Assembly: GCA_964543035.1 (NCBI GenBank)
Contig: CAZIVL010000001.1
Location: 367,736-431,735 of the forward strand
Source: an uncultured Gammaproteobacteria bacterium
GTDB taxonomy: Bacteria > Patescibacteriota > Microgenomatia > CAZETR01 > Amesbacteraceae
Length of the DNA stretch: 64,000 bases
Direction of reading: 5' to 3'
Under the pieces are notes generated by a model. That model saw nothing but the letters and a program-made list of their open reading frames with translations, ran no database searches and was not told where the DNA came from. The position numbers were made by a program, and so were the translations under genes. Of this stretch, positions 39,524 to 48,353 are shown piece after piece (the first letter of the stretch is position 1; each line of letters opens with the position of its first letter).

Positions 39524-40489
39524 ATGCAAAATTTTTGGGCGGCCATTTTGGCTTTTTTTGGACTGGCAAATACTGTCCAATCACCAGCCGGATCCATCCC
39601 GGTTACACCCACTCCTCACCCTTTTAGTATTACAGCTCTTTCGACAAGAACTTACGATTCAGATCTGGTCATCCAGTCCCAGGCTCGTACCACCAGCACT
39701 TTCACATCCCACATAGTCAGCTACGAGTCAGATGGTCTCAAGCAGTATGCACTTCTAAACAAACCGTCAGGTCAAATACCTGCAGGAGGTTGGCCAGTCG
39801 TCATCGTAAACCACGGATACATAGATCCCGATGTCTATTCCACTCCCAATTCGTATATCAACACGTCTGCCTATTTTGCCTCTGCCGGTTTCGTGGTCTT
39901 AAAGCCTGATTATCGGGGTCATGCAAATTCCGAAGGAGAAGCCGGATCTCTTACTTCGCGCATCAACTATGCAGTCGATGTCCTCAATCTGCTGGCGGCA
40001 GTCAAGAAGCAGGGTTACGTAAATGCCAGTCGTATCTATATGTACGGTCACTCCATGGGGGGAGATGTCACCTTGCGTGTCATCGAAGCCTGTCCTGCTT
40101 GTATAAAAGCAGCGAGCCTGTGGGCGCCGGCTGTCACAGATTGGCCAGAATCATTTATGTATTTTGCCAGGAGAAATCCCCAAGATACAGCTCGTATCCA
40201 AAGGCGCGAGAGATTTCAAAAAGATCTAGCAGAATTGTTCAAACCTGAGGATTATTCATCCGTTTCTACACTAGCAAACGTCCCCCTCGTGCAGATCCCA
40301 GTCAACATCCATCACGGGACCAATGACGAATCCGTGCCGTATGAGTGGGGGACCCAGCTCAAAGAAAAGTTAGAGGCGACAGAAAAAACAGTCAATTTTT
40401 ATGCATACCAAAATGCCGATCACGACATTTCCTCCCACTGGTCCACAGCCCTAAACCGCGACATCGAGCTGTTTAGATCTCATCCGTAG
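39524..40489 (+). CDS. Secreted S9-like alpha/beta hydrolase
   Basis: Signal peptide; PDYRGH, GHSMGG, HHGTNDESVP, ADH. Confidence 0.85.
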   Translation: MQNFWAAILAFFGLANTVQSPAGSIPVTPTPHPFSITALSTRTYDSDLVIQSQARTTSTFTSHIVSYESDGLKQYALLNKPSGQIPAGGWPVVIVNHGYIDPDVYSTPNSYINTSAYFASAGFVVLKPDYRGHANSEGEAGSLTSRINYAVDVLNLLAAVKKQGYVNASRIYMYGHSMGGDVTLRVIEACPACIKAASLWAPAVTDWPESFMYFARRNPQDTARIQRRERFQKDLAELFKPEDYSSVSTLANVPLVQIPVNIHHGTNDESVPYEWGTQLKEKLEATEKTVNFYAYQNADHDISSHWSTALNRDIELFRSHP

Positions 40490-40787
40490 GCGGTGGTTTC
40501 AATGTTTCAGATCTTGAAGCGTATGCACCCAGAAGTCCGCCCAGCATCATATAGGTGACCAAGGCGGCTCCAATATCATCTCTTTGCAAGAGATACCCCT
40601 CTCTTATGGGTTTGGCAATGCACTCATACGCCAAATACAATCTTGCACACTCAGCCATAAATAGTAAAAACATTTCCAAAAAATCAGCTCTACCTTCGAG
40701 CTCGTGGTGGCCAAGTATTCGAACAGATCTAAAGGGCAAACATGCACCTTCAACAATCTCAGTAATCATCTTCGTCAAAAAAGGCAT
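40473..40787 (-). CDS. Hypothetical membrane protein
   Basis: ATG at 40787 avoids overlap with the HIT gene; hydrophobic helices. Confidence 0.5.
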   Translation of the reverse strand: MPFLTKMITEIVEGACLPFRSVRILGHHELEGRADFLEMFLLFMAECARLYLAYECIAKPIREGYLLQRDDIGAALVTYMMLGGLLGAYASRSETLKPPPTDEI

Positions 40788-40808
40788 TATATAAGCTAAA
40801 ATTGCCAA

Positions 40809-41291
40809 ATGCACAATCACGCCCCAGATGGGTATCAATGCGTCTTATGTCTTCCCGCCCAAGGCATCGAGAGTGATGTCACCATGATGAAACAAGCCGA
40901 TATTTTTTACAAAGATGACCTCGTCATTGCAGCCATCAACTCAAAGTTTATGGAGACCAATCCGGGACACATAATAATTTTTCCAGTAGCTCACTATGAA
41001 AATATCTACGATCTCCCAGATGAGGTGAGCGCCAGAGTAGCCCAGCTTGCCAGGCGTGTGGCTATTGCTCTAAAGGAGATCCGCAAATGTGATGGAGTGA
41101 CCACCCAGCAAAACAATGAGCCAGCCAGCGGCCAACATGCTTTTCATTATCACTTCCACATCTTTCCCAGGTGGTCAGGAGACAAACTATATTCAGGCTC
41201 ATCTGTCAGGGTCTCAGATCCTTCTGAGAGGATTCCTTATGCAGAAGCACTCAAGAACTATTTTCAATCAAATTCTCAACCTTCTCTTTAA
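40809..41291 (+). CDS. HIT family hydrolase
   Basis: CVLC, PGH, GQHAFHYHFHIFPR. Confidence 0.92.
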   Translation: MHNHAPDGYQCVLCLPAQGIESDVTMMKQADIFYKDDLVIAAINSKFMETNPGHIIIFPVAHYENIYDLPDEVSARVAQLARRVAIALKEIRKCDGVTTQQNNEPASGQHAFHYHFHIFPRWSGDKLYSGSSVRVSDPSERIPYAEALKNYFQSNSQPSL

Positions 41292-41859
41292 ACCTCTCAA
41301 ATCCCTCAAACAAAAAAGCATTTATACCGACCTCGTGTGCGCCAGATAAAGCCTCAGGAGTATCGTCGGAATAGATTATTTCTTTTGGCCTAACCCCAGA
41401 AAGTTCCACTAGTCTTTCATAAATCCTTTTGTCTGGCTTCATAACCCCTGCTTCATAAGAAAATACGGGCACGTCAAAATGTTTCAAAAAACCAAATTTT
41501 GCATCCAGCTCTCGAACTCTCGTGACAAAGTTGTTAGAACAAATACATGTCTTAAATCCTCGAGTCCTTACACTCAGCAGATACTCGTGCACCTCAGAGT
41601 TCACCTCGTAACTATCACGTAGTAACTTAAATATTTCTTCGTTTCCGATCTCAATTCCTAGAGAGTCTTTTGCAAACTGCCAATACTCTTCTTCACTCAA
41701 CTTCCCAGACTTAAATGCTAGTATCTGTGGACATTTGTACAAAACCCAGTTTACTTGGGTTTCATCACTTACTTTCTTGGGTAAAGAAGCCTTAAATCTC
41801 TTAAAGCTCTCGCCAGTAAAATAAACTCCATCCAGATCAAATGTAATTGCTTTAATCAT
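41251..41859 (-). CDS. HAD-superfamily phosphatase
   Basis: FDLDGV, SN, KPD..IY, DD. Confidence 0.9.
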   Translation of the reverse strand: MIKAITFDLDGVYFTGESFKRFKASLPKKVSDETQVNWVLYKCPQILAFKSGKLSEEEYWQFAKDSLGIEIGNEEIFKLLRDSYEVNSEVHEYLLSVRTRGFKTCICSNNFVTRVRELDAKFGFLKHFDVPVFSYEAGVMKPDKRIYERLVELSGVRPKEIIYSDDTPEALSGAHEVGINAFLFEGFERFKEKVENLIENSS

Positions 41860-41925
41860 TTTTTGTGACTCGATCGGGATTTGCTGTGTAACACGACCGC
41901 TTGCGGTCAGCAGAGTTACAGAGAT
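41860..41925 (-). other. Partial tRNA-Glu duplicate (3' half) with a branched hairpin in the T loop
   Basis: 24-nt exact direct repeat 41860-41883 = 41934-41957, then a 29-nt insert, then GAGTTACAG(A/G)GAT. Confidence 0.85.
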
Positions 41926-41939
41926 AATGCTAGTTTTTG

Positions 41940-42013
41940 TGACTCGATCGGGATTTGAACCCGAGTTACAGGGATGAAAGCCCTGTGTCCTGACCAGGCT
42001 AGACGATCGAGCC
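41940..42013 (-). tRNA. tRNA-Glu(TTC)
   Basis: Reverse strand GGCTCGA...CAGGG CTTTCAT CCCTG...GGGTTCAAATCCC...TCGAGTC A. Confidence 0.95.
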
Positions 42014-42057
42014 GAACCCTACTATTTTATCAGTTTCTTTCCTAAACCCAAAAACTC

Positions 42058-42288
42058 TTATCTCCAGCCTTGGATGATACCATCGCTATATCGCCCTGAT
42101 CCTCCACCCATAGATGGCTCATCGTCGTACCAGTCGCCGACAGCACTGATCCTTGAGGACATATATTTGGCCTGAAAAGGCGGTTCAGGCGCAACTTCTT
42201 CTTCCTCTCTTCCAAGTAATTCTCTCAGAGCAGTCACGGTGTTTCCCCAAGCAATTGCAGTTTCAATTGGAAACAAAGCTTCAATCAC
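42058..42288 (-). CDS. Small acidic hypothetical protein
   Basis: 76 aa; TAAAAT 6 nt upstream of GTG on the minus strand. Confidence 0.55.
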   Translation of the reverse strand: MIEALFPIETAIAWGNTVTALRELLGREEEEVAPEPPFQAKYMSSRISAVGDWYDDEPSMGGGSGRYSDGIIQGWR

Positions 42289-42326
42289 AATGTTATTTTA
42301 CCAGTTTCAGACTCTTAATCCAAAAC

Positions 42327-42611
42327 TTATAAACTCCACGAGTTCTGAGTGTAATTCACAACTCGTTTATGTACGGGGGTAATTACACTCAAATGTTTTC
42401 TGCTAGCTTTGTCTTTTACAAAGTCTCCGTTCAGATGCACTAGTATCCATGCAGTATTTCCTTTCGTGTGTCTCACATCACCAAATACAATTCCGTCGCC
42501 ATTATCAAACATTACAAAGTCTCCTTTAACTGCCAGCATTTGGTCTAACTCAGGATCGAGCTCCGGTTCAAATTCTGGTTCAGGTTCTGGACCCCACAGA
42601 CTCTCGATCAT
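42327..42611 (-). CDS. Small hypothetical protein (PE-repeat N-terminus, beta-rich C-terminus)
   Basis: 94 aa; PEPEPEFEPELDPE. Confidence 0.55.
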   Translation of the reverse strand: MIESLWGPEPEPEFEPELDPELDQMLAVKGDFVMFDNGDGIVFGDVRHTKGNTAWILVHLNGDFVKDKASRKHLSVITPVHKRVVNYTQNSWSL

Positions 42612-42649
42612 ATGGACGGAATATACTCGAATGCTGTACAGTAAATCAA

Positions 42650-43231
42650 ATGAGCAAGATTCCCATTATCCTCCTCTTTATCCTCCTCATTTCTGGCATT
42701 TTGGCCGTAGGCTACTTTTGGGTCAGATCTCTTATGAGCCAGAACCCCACTTATGCCCAAAAACTCGATCCCGGCACCTTTGCCTCTAGCTTAAGGCTGG
42801 TGCGCGAAGTGGACCCGGAGACCAAAAAACTCATTAGACAATATTATGTCTTGGATACCCAAAACAATTCTTCTACCGACTTTTTCAACTGCAAATACAC
42901 TCTAGTCTCCAAAGGTGACCAAAAAAAGTACGACGCTTTTTTCAAAGATTTTACCCTCAAAAATTGCAAAGTCTTTACCCAGGTCCAGCCCCATTATGAT
43001 TGCACCCTGACCAACAAGCTCAATGAATGGCTAAATTATGACAAGTCCAGAAATCGTGACAAATTCTTAAGTCACGCAACAGCCACCATCGCCATGTCCC
43101 GCTTTTTTGACAGCCAGACCACGACTGCCAATGCGTATCTTACCCAAAATGCTCTTTCTGACATCTACAGCGTAGACGTCACTTGCAAGCTAAAAAACGG
43201 CCGCGGCGTCTTCCACACTCAGACATTTTAG
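42650..43231 (+). CDS. Hypothetical exported or membrane-anchored protein
   Basis: N-terminal TM; 4 Cys. Confidence 0.65.
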   Translation: MSKIPIILLFILLISGILAVGYFWVRSLMSQNPTYAQKLDPGTFASSLRLVREVDPETKKLIRQYYVLDTQNNSSTDFFNCKYTLVSKGDQKKYDAFFKDFTLKNCKVFTQVQPHYDCTLTNKLNEWLNYDKSRNRDKFLSHATATIAMSRFFDSQTTTANAYLTQNALSDIYSVDVTCKLKNGRGVFHTQTF

Positions 43232-43234
43232 TTT

Positions 43235-43960
43235 TTATTTCATGCACCAGACGGAGCCAACTGGGGCCCACTCCGAAACAGCAAATCCGCCGTCAAAAAA
43301 AGCCGAGGCCGAGCCACCATCCAGGTTGATAGCAGTCACTATCCCCACATCCATTTTGTCTGCCTGCTTGAGGACCAGTTCTGGTAGTTCTGATAGCTTT
43401 GGTCCATCCAGAGGGGAGTCGGGGTCATAAAACATCCCAAACAGTAGTTGGTCATCGTCAGTTAGAATTGCCACCGACCTTCGAGACGCCCCGTCATTTT
43501 TTAGACTCAGCCTCACAGGCTGACCTGCTTCCACGAGTACCGGACCAGTTTGCACTCCGTCTCGTACGATTTTTGGGTCCACACTTCGCGAGATACCTAC
43601 ATGACCATCTTGGTTCACGTATACATATCCATTAAAAAGAGGGTTTGGTCTCACATCTTTTATTTTTTTGAGCTCGGACACGACCAGACCCAAAGGATTG
43701 GCCTCAGTATCATAAAAACCCCCATTTATAGCCTTTTTACAGCTATAATTCACAACGAGTTCCCGAAAATCTTGTTTAGCGGAATAGTTGGGGATGAGGC
43801 TCAGTCTATCCGCGTCATGCACTAAAAACCACACAAAGTTCTCCCGTGCGGGAGCAGGGCTAATTGTATTTTCAGACAGCACTGCCGGGTTTGCCCCACC
43901 CAGTATCCAGCCAGTCAGGCTGGCCATGACAAAAGCAGTGATTTTTTGCAAAAACTCCAT
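43235..43960 (-). CDS. Phosphodiester glycosidase (NAGPA/DUF2233) family protein
   Basis: AINGGFY, QTGPVLV, RRSVA, AINLDGGSAS. Confidence 0.85.
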   Translation of the reverse strand: MEFLQKITAFVMASLTGWILGGANPAVLSENTISPAPARENFVWFLVHDADRLSLIPNYSAKQDFRELVVNYSCKKAINGGFYDTEANPLGLVVSELKKIKDVRPNPLFNGYVYVNQDGHVGISRSVDPKIVRDGVQTGPVLVEAGQPVRLSLKNDGASRRSVAILTDDDQLLFGMFYDPDSPLDGPKLSELPELVLKQADKMDVGIVTAINLDGGSASAFFDGGFAVSEWAPVGSVWCMK

Positions 43961-43998
43961 GGGCTAAGTATACCCGAATAGTATATAGTGAATCCGCA

Positions 43999-44550
43999 AT
44001 GAGAATTCTTGGGATCGATCCGGGGACAGCTACCACTGGATTTGGAGTAATAGACGTATTAGGGCCTGACAAATACAAGCTTTTGGAGTTTGGATTGGTC
44101 GAGACCTCCAAAGAGCTCCCTCACGGCGAAAGGCTAGATATCATCTACAACAAGATTTCGATAATTGCCAAAAAACATACACCTGACGTCGTCTCTATCG
44201 AGAGATTATTTTTTGCTACCAATGCCGCCACAGCCATAGCAGTCGGCCAAGCCATAGGTGTCATCAAGCTGGCTCTTCATCACCACAGCTTACCCGTCTT
44301 CGATTACACTCCCATGCAGGTCAAATTATATGTAGGAGGCTCTGGCAAAGCAGATAAAAAAGTCATGAAAGCCAAGATCAAAAAGATGTTCAGGATCAAA
44401 GAGACCAAAGGTATGAAGACTCATTTTGACAACAGTGCAGATGGTATTGCCATCGCCATCTGCCACGCGATTAAGATAGACCCCGTTTTATCCGCTCAGG
44501 ATCGTAATAAGCCAAAAAGCGCAAAAAAGCCTGCCAAGAAGTCTTCTTGA
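43999..44550 (+). CDS. ruvC: Holliday junction resolvase RuvC
   Basis: ILGIDPG, IERLFF, YTPMQVK, GKADK, DNSAD. Confidence 0.95.
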   Translation: MRILGIDPGTATTGFGVIDVLGPDKYKLLEFGLVETSKELPHGERLDIIYNKISIIAKKHTPDVVSIERLFFATNAATAIAVGQAIGVIKLALHHHSLPVFDYTPMQVKLYVGGSGKADKKVMKAKIKKMFRIKETKGMKTHFDNSADGIAIAICHAIKIDPVLSAQDRNKPKSAKKPAKKSS

Positions 44551-44908
44551 GCTCACTTAACACAGCCTCCCCAATTTCATGACTAGTCAGGATATCATCT
44601 TTGGTCAGAAGTATCCTCTCCACCCGACTCATAACCAATTCCACTACTTTTCGTGATTCAGACAGGCTCAGGTCTCGGCTTTCGCTCGCAGCTCTATAGA
44701 TGCCCAGATACAATCTAGCACGATCAAATAATTGTGTCTTGCCAGATTTCTTCAGAACGCGCTTCATAGACAAATCTGGAATTTCAGAGGTTGTAAACAC
44801 TTTCAAGCATTTCAGACATTTTCGTCTTCGCCATACTCCATGCAATCTAAAATTTGGTCTAGAATTGACCACTACTAGCTGAAGAGAACTGCAAAATGGA
44901 CATTCCAT
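44471..44908 (-). CDS. nrdR: Transcriptional repressor NrdR
   Basis: CPFC...SR...RRRKCxxC..FTT.E zinc ribbon plus ATP cone. Confidence 0.85.
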   Translation of the reverse strand: MECPFCSSLQLVVVNSRPNFRLHGVWRRRKCLKCLKVFTTSEIPDLSMKRVLKKSGKTQLFDRARLYLGIYRAASESRDLSLSESRKVVELVMSRVERILLTKDDILTSHEIGEAVLSELKKTSWQAFLRFLAYYDPERIKRGLS

Positions 44909-44986
44909 AGCAATATATTGACATAGAACACAAAATATTCAACATTCTTACTCTCAAATAATTGCCAAAAAGGCTAGATCTTGCGA
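44908..44986. promoter_or_regulatory. Candidate NrdR boxes between nrdR and dcd
   Basis: CAATATATTG (44911-20), ACACAAAATATT (44928-39) and CTAGATCTTG (44974-83) resemble acaCwAtATaTwGtgt. Confidence 0.45.
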
Positions 44987-45023
44987 TGTACATCCGGCCT
45001 GCTGGCCATGAAAATTGCATCTA

Positions 45024-45569
45024 ATGAGTTGGTTATCAGGAGCAAAAATTACTGGCGAAGTTTTGAAAAAACACATTGTCATAGATCCATTCCATCCTAA
45101 CCAAATAAATCCCAATAGTTACGATTATCGACTCTCGCCAATTCTAAAACGTGTTTTGCCCAACAGTCATCTAGGAGCCACACCTGTCATTGATCCGAGG
45201 GTACTCACCAAATATGAGTCTATTTATATTCCTGATACTGGCTATCTACTTGAGCCACACCAGGCATATTTAGGTAGCACGGTCGAAAAGTTTGGCTCCA
45301 ATAAGTACGCAAGCTTAGTAACGGGCAAGAGTTCGGTCGGAAGACTCTTTATCCAAAATCACTGCTGTGCAGGCCTAATCGATCAAGGGTTCTTTGGCTC
45401 AATTACTCTGGAGATCACAGTTACCCATCCTGTCTTAATATTTCCAGAAATGCGATTTGGTCAGATCTACTGGTACAGAGTATTTGGTGATCCACTGCTC
45501 TATTCAGGTAAATACCAATCCCAATCTGAAGGTCTGGTGAGTCAAATATACAAAGATATTTACAAATGA
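45024..45569 (+). CDS. dcd: dCTP deaminase (trimeric dUTPase fold)
   Basis: QINPNSYD.RL, GKSSVGRL, AGLIDQGFFGSITLEI, GQ, Y.GKYQ.Q. Confidence 0.9.
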   Translation: MSWLSGAKITGEVLKKHIVIDPFHPNQINPNSYDYRLSPILKRVLPNSHLGATPVIDPRVLTKYESIYIPDTGYLLEPHQAYLGSTVEKFGSNKYASLVTGKSSVGRLFIQNHCCAGLIDQGFFGSITLEITVTHPVLIFPEMRFGQIYWYRVFGDPLLYSGKYQSQSEGLVSQIYKDIYK

Positions 45570-46117
45570 ATAGTGAAAAACCACTAAAAATAAGCTTCTA
45601 TGGCGAGTCAGGTTCTGGCAAAGGTTATGTTGCAGAGCATCTCAAAACAAATCTTGAATTATCTGGAACAAGTTCGGCAACTATAGATATAGCTACGCCC
45701 TTACACCACATTCAAGCAGCAGCTGCACATATTTTCAGATTGCCAGAACGGGGCCAAGATGGAGCCTTACTTCAATTTCTCGCCCACCACTTCGTTTCCC
45801 AAATGGCACGCTATTTCGACGACCAGCTCCATGCTCTCGAGACAGGGTCAAATCCCCCTGATGTGATAATCAATTCTGATTGTCGAAACAATATGTATAG
45901 CAGGCTAAAAGACTACGGTTTTTTATTTTTCCATATAGTTACTCCGCTTGAAGTTCGGATCCAAAGGTTGGCTAGAAGACAAGATATCACGGACTTTGAC
46001 CCAAACGTCTCAGTAAACAAGATTGATTCTATGGTGGCAGATTATGTTTTGATTAGTCCAGTAGATCTCGATGATCTTACCGTTTTGATTCAGGCTCTCG
46101 TAGACAAAAAGGTATAA
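45566..46117 (+). CDS. P-loop nucleotide kinase-like protein (dNMP kinase/dephospho-CoA kinase-like)
   Basis: GESGSGKG, A.PL, DCR, VRIQRLARR lid. Confidence 0.7.
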   Translation: MNSEKPLKISFYGESGSGKGYVAEHLKTNLELSGTSSATIDIATPLHHIQAAAAHIFRLPERGQDGALLQFLAHHFVSQMARYFDDQLHALETGSNPPDVIINSDCRNNMYSRLKDYGFLFFHIVTPLEVRIQRLARRQDITDFDPNVSVNKIDSMVADYVLISPVDLDDLTVLIQALVDKKV

Positions 46118-46125
46118 TTTGCGTA

Positions 46126-47583
46126 ATGTACAAAATTTTTACCACCATCTTTATATTCTTTTTTTTCAGTTATGTCCCAGCATTAGCTGTTGTTGATCCA
46201 CTGGCCGTTCCCAACAACAAGTATGGGGTCCATATCTTAGAGCCCGGGGAGATTACAGCCGCGGCCAAGCTGGTCAATTCGTCCGGCGGGGACTGGGGCT
46301 ATGTGACGATCCCGATTAGAAGTAACGACCGGGACAAAGAAAAATGGCGTGAATTTTTCAAAAATGCTGCCAACCATCACATTATCCCCATCCTTCGCAT
46401 CACCACCTTTCCTGACAAATCTTCTTGGACGGCCCCAACTGCCGGCGATCTAGTCGACTTTGCCAACTTCTTAGACGAGCTGCCCTGGCCCACCAAAAAC
46501 CGCTACATAATTATTTTCAACGAGCCCAATCATTCCCAAGAGTGGGGCGGATATCTCTCGCCACTAGAGTATGCCAATCTCTTGACCGAAAGCAGCCGCA
46601 TATTCAAAAGCCGTAGCGAGGACTTCTTTCTCATTTCAGCCGGACTGGATATGTCCGCCCCCCAGACCAAGACTTCGCTGGATGCTCTCTATTATATTCG
46701 CGAGCTCAATCGCTTGAGACCCGGGTGGTTCAACTCAGTCGACGGTCTCTCCTTTCACGCCTATCCCAATCCGGCTTTTTCTGCCTCTCCTTTATCCAAG
46801 ACCAGATATGGTCCCAAGAGTTACACCTACGAGCTAGATCTTCTTTACAAAGCCGGTCTTGAAAAGGACAAACCCATTTTTATTACCGAAACTGGGACCA
46901 TCCTCCAAAATGATTTTTACAAAACAGCCTTTACAACTGTTTGGACAGAATCAAACATTGTCGCCATCACCCCATTTTTGCTTTTTGCCGGTTCTCCCGA
47001 TTTTGAAAAGTTTTCTCTCCTGGACAAAAATCATCAGCCCAAAGACACTTACAAGCAGATAATGGCCCTTCCAAAGTCAGTGGGAAGTCCACTACTAGCC
47101 ATCATCGAGCCCACAAGTGTTTCCGCACAATCCTCGTCCAGTGTCATCCTGAGCGTAGCGAAGGATCCAGTACAAAATTTTATTGAAGCTTTAAAAAAAT
47201 TCTTTTCTATATTTAAGTCATCTCGCACCCTTTCAATCGGTGATGACTCGCTTGAGGTAGAAATCAGAGACACTCCCAAAGAAAGGGCTCAAGGCTTATC
47301 AGGTAGACCTCCTCTGGCTCCAGGCCACGGTATGCTATTTATTTTTGCTGGCCCCGGTATTCAACCATTTTGGATGAAAGACATGAAATTTGCTCTGGAC
47401 TTTGTCTGGATCAGGGGCGGTGTCGTAGTCGAGCTGACAGAAGATGTGCCACCACCCACCAAAGAAAATCCCATCCCCCAAGTGATTATTCCCAAAGAGC
47501 CAGTGGATCAAGTACTAGAGGTCGCGGCGGGGACCATTGAGAGTCTGGGTCTGCGACTCGGCGACTACGTCACCTTGAACTAG
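46126..47583 (+). CDS. Secreted glycoside hydrolase-like (clan GH-A) domain fused to DUF192
   Basis: Signal peptide; NEPN, SFHAYP, ITETG; C-terminal ERAQGLS..GMLF..FWMKDM...VLEV.AG. Confidence 0.8.
   Translation: MYKIFTTIFIFFFFSYVPALAVVDPLAVPNNKYGVHILEPGEITAAAKLVNSSGGDWGYVTIPIRSNDRDKEKWREFFKNAANHHIIPILRITTFPDKSSWTAPTAGDLVDFANFLDELPWPTKNRYIIIFNEPNHSQEWGGYLSPLEYANLLTESSRIFKSRSEDFFLISAGLDMSAPQTKTSLDALYYIRELNRLRPGWFNSVDGLSFHAYPNPAFSASPLSKTRYGPKSYTYELDLLYKAGLEKDKPIFITETGTILQNDFYKTAFTTVWTESNIVAITPFLLFAGSPDFEKFSLLDKNHQPKDTYKQIMALPKSVGSPLLAIIEPTSVSAQSSSSVILSVAKDPVQNFIEALKKFFSIFKSSRTLSIGDDSLEVEIRDTPKERAQGLSGRPPLAPGHGMLFIFAGPGIQPFWMKDMKFALDFVWIRGGVVVELTEDVPPPTKENPIPQVIIPKEPVDQVLEVAAGTIESLGLRLGDYVTLN
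47142..47170 (+). repeat. REP-like element, half copy, in frame in the interdomain linker
   Basis: TGTCATCCTGAGCGTAGCGAAGGATCCAG encodes VILSVAKDP. Confidence 0.8.
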
Positions 47584-47692
47584 CTTTATTATCGCCCTAA
47601 TTACTTTTACCAGCACGTCCACTCTGTGTCTTAACGTCTCGATCTCGCGTAAGATCAATGTTTCTGGGGTCACAAGTTTATAATAGCACTGC

Positions 47693-48343
47693 ATGCAAAT
47701 AATTCACGGAGATAATCAGATCGCTTCCAGACAACTTTTTTTATCAAAAAAAGTCGAAGCTCAAAAAAAAGGTTTAAATATTGTTGACCTGGCAGGAGCA
47801 GACCTCACATTGCAAGATCTAAAAAATTCTCTCTCATCAACTACACTTCTAGGCGAGTCCAATGCGGTTTTTGTCGAAGGCTTTTTTGGCAGGCGCCCCA
47901 GCAATGAAAAAAAAGCCATTGCAGAGTTCATCAAATCCGATCCAAATACTCCGGTTATTTTTTGGGACGGCAAAGACATTTCCTCCCAACTGCTCTCTAT
48001 TCACCAATCGCTAATCACTAAACAGGATCTTCCCAAGCATCTATTTACTTTTATAGACAACTGGCAGCTTACTCTATATCACCAAGCCCTCAAATCTACA
48101 GATCCAGAGCCTATCATGGCTCTTTTGGCCAAGCGCATTCACGATCTAATTTTAGTCAAAGAAGGTCGTGGAAAATTTCCCAGCTGGCAAGCCTCAAAAC
48201 TAGAATTTCAAGCAAAAAAATACAGCCTCTCACAACTCACTACTTACAACCAACAACTTCTCGATATTGATTACAAAAACAAATCCGGAGATCTCCCTTA
48301 TGACCTGGCGGCAGCACTGGAGTTGTGGCTTCTAAAAATGTAA
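47693..48343 (+). CDS. holA: Putative DNA polymerase III delta subunit (short, divergent)
   Basis: IIHGDN N-terminus; C-terminal LLDIDYKNKSG...LELW. Confidence 0.65.
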   Translation: MQIIHGDNQIASRQLFLSKKVEAQKKGLNIVDLAGADLTLQDLKNSLSSTTLLGESNAVFVEGFFGRRPSNEKKAIAEFIKSDPNTPVIFWDGKDISSQLLSIHQSLITKQDLPKHLFTFIDNWQLTLYHQALKSTDPEPIMALLAKRIHDLILVKEGRGKFPSWQASKLEFQAKKYSLSQLTTYNQQLLDIDYKNKSGDLPYDLAAALELWLLKM

Positions 48344-48353
48344 ACTGGTCTCA

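Noticed and set aside
42545-42595. Short tandem repeat as another heptamer tract
   Set aside because: The period is 6/12 nt and is explained by PE dipeptide coding.
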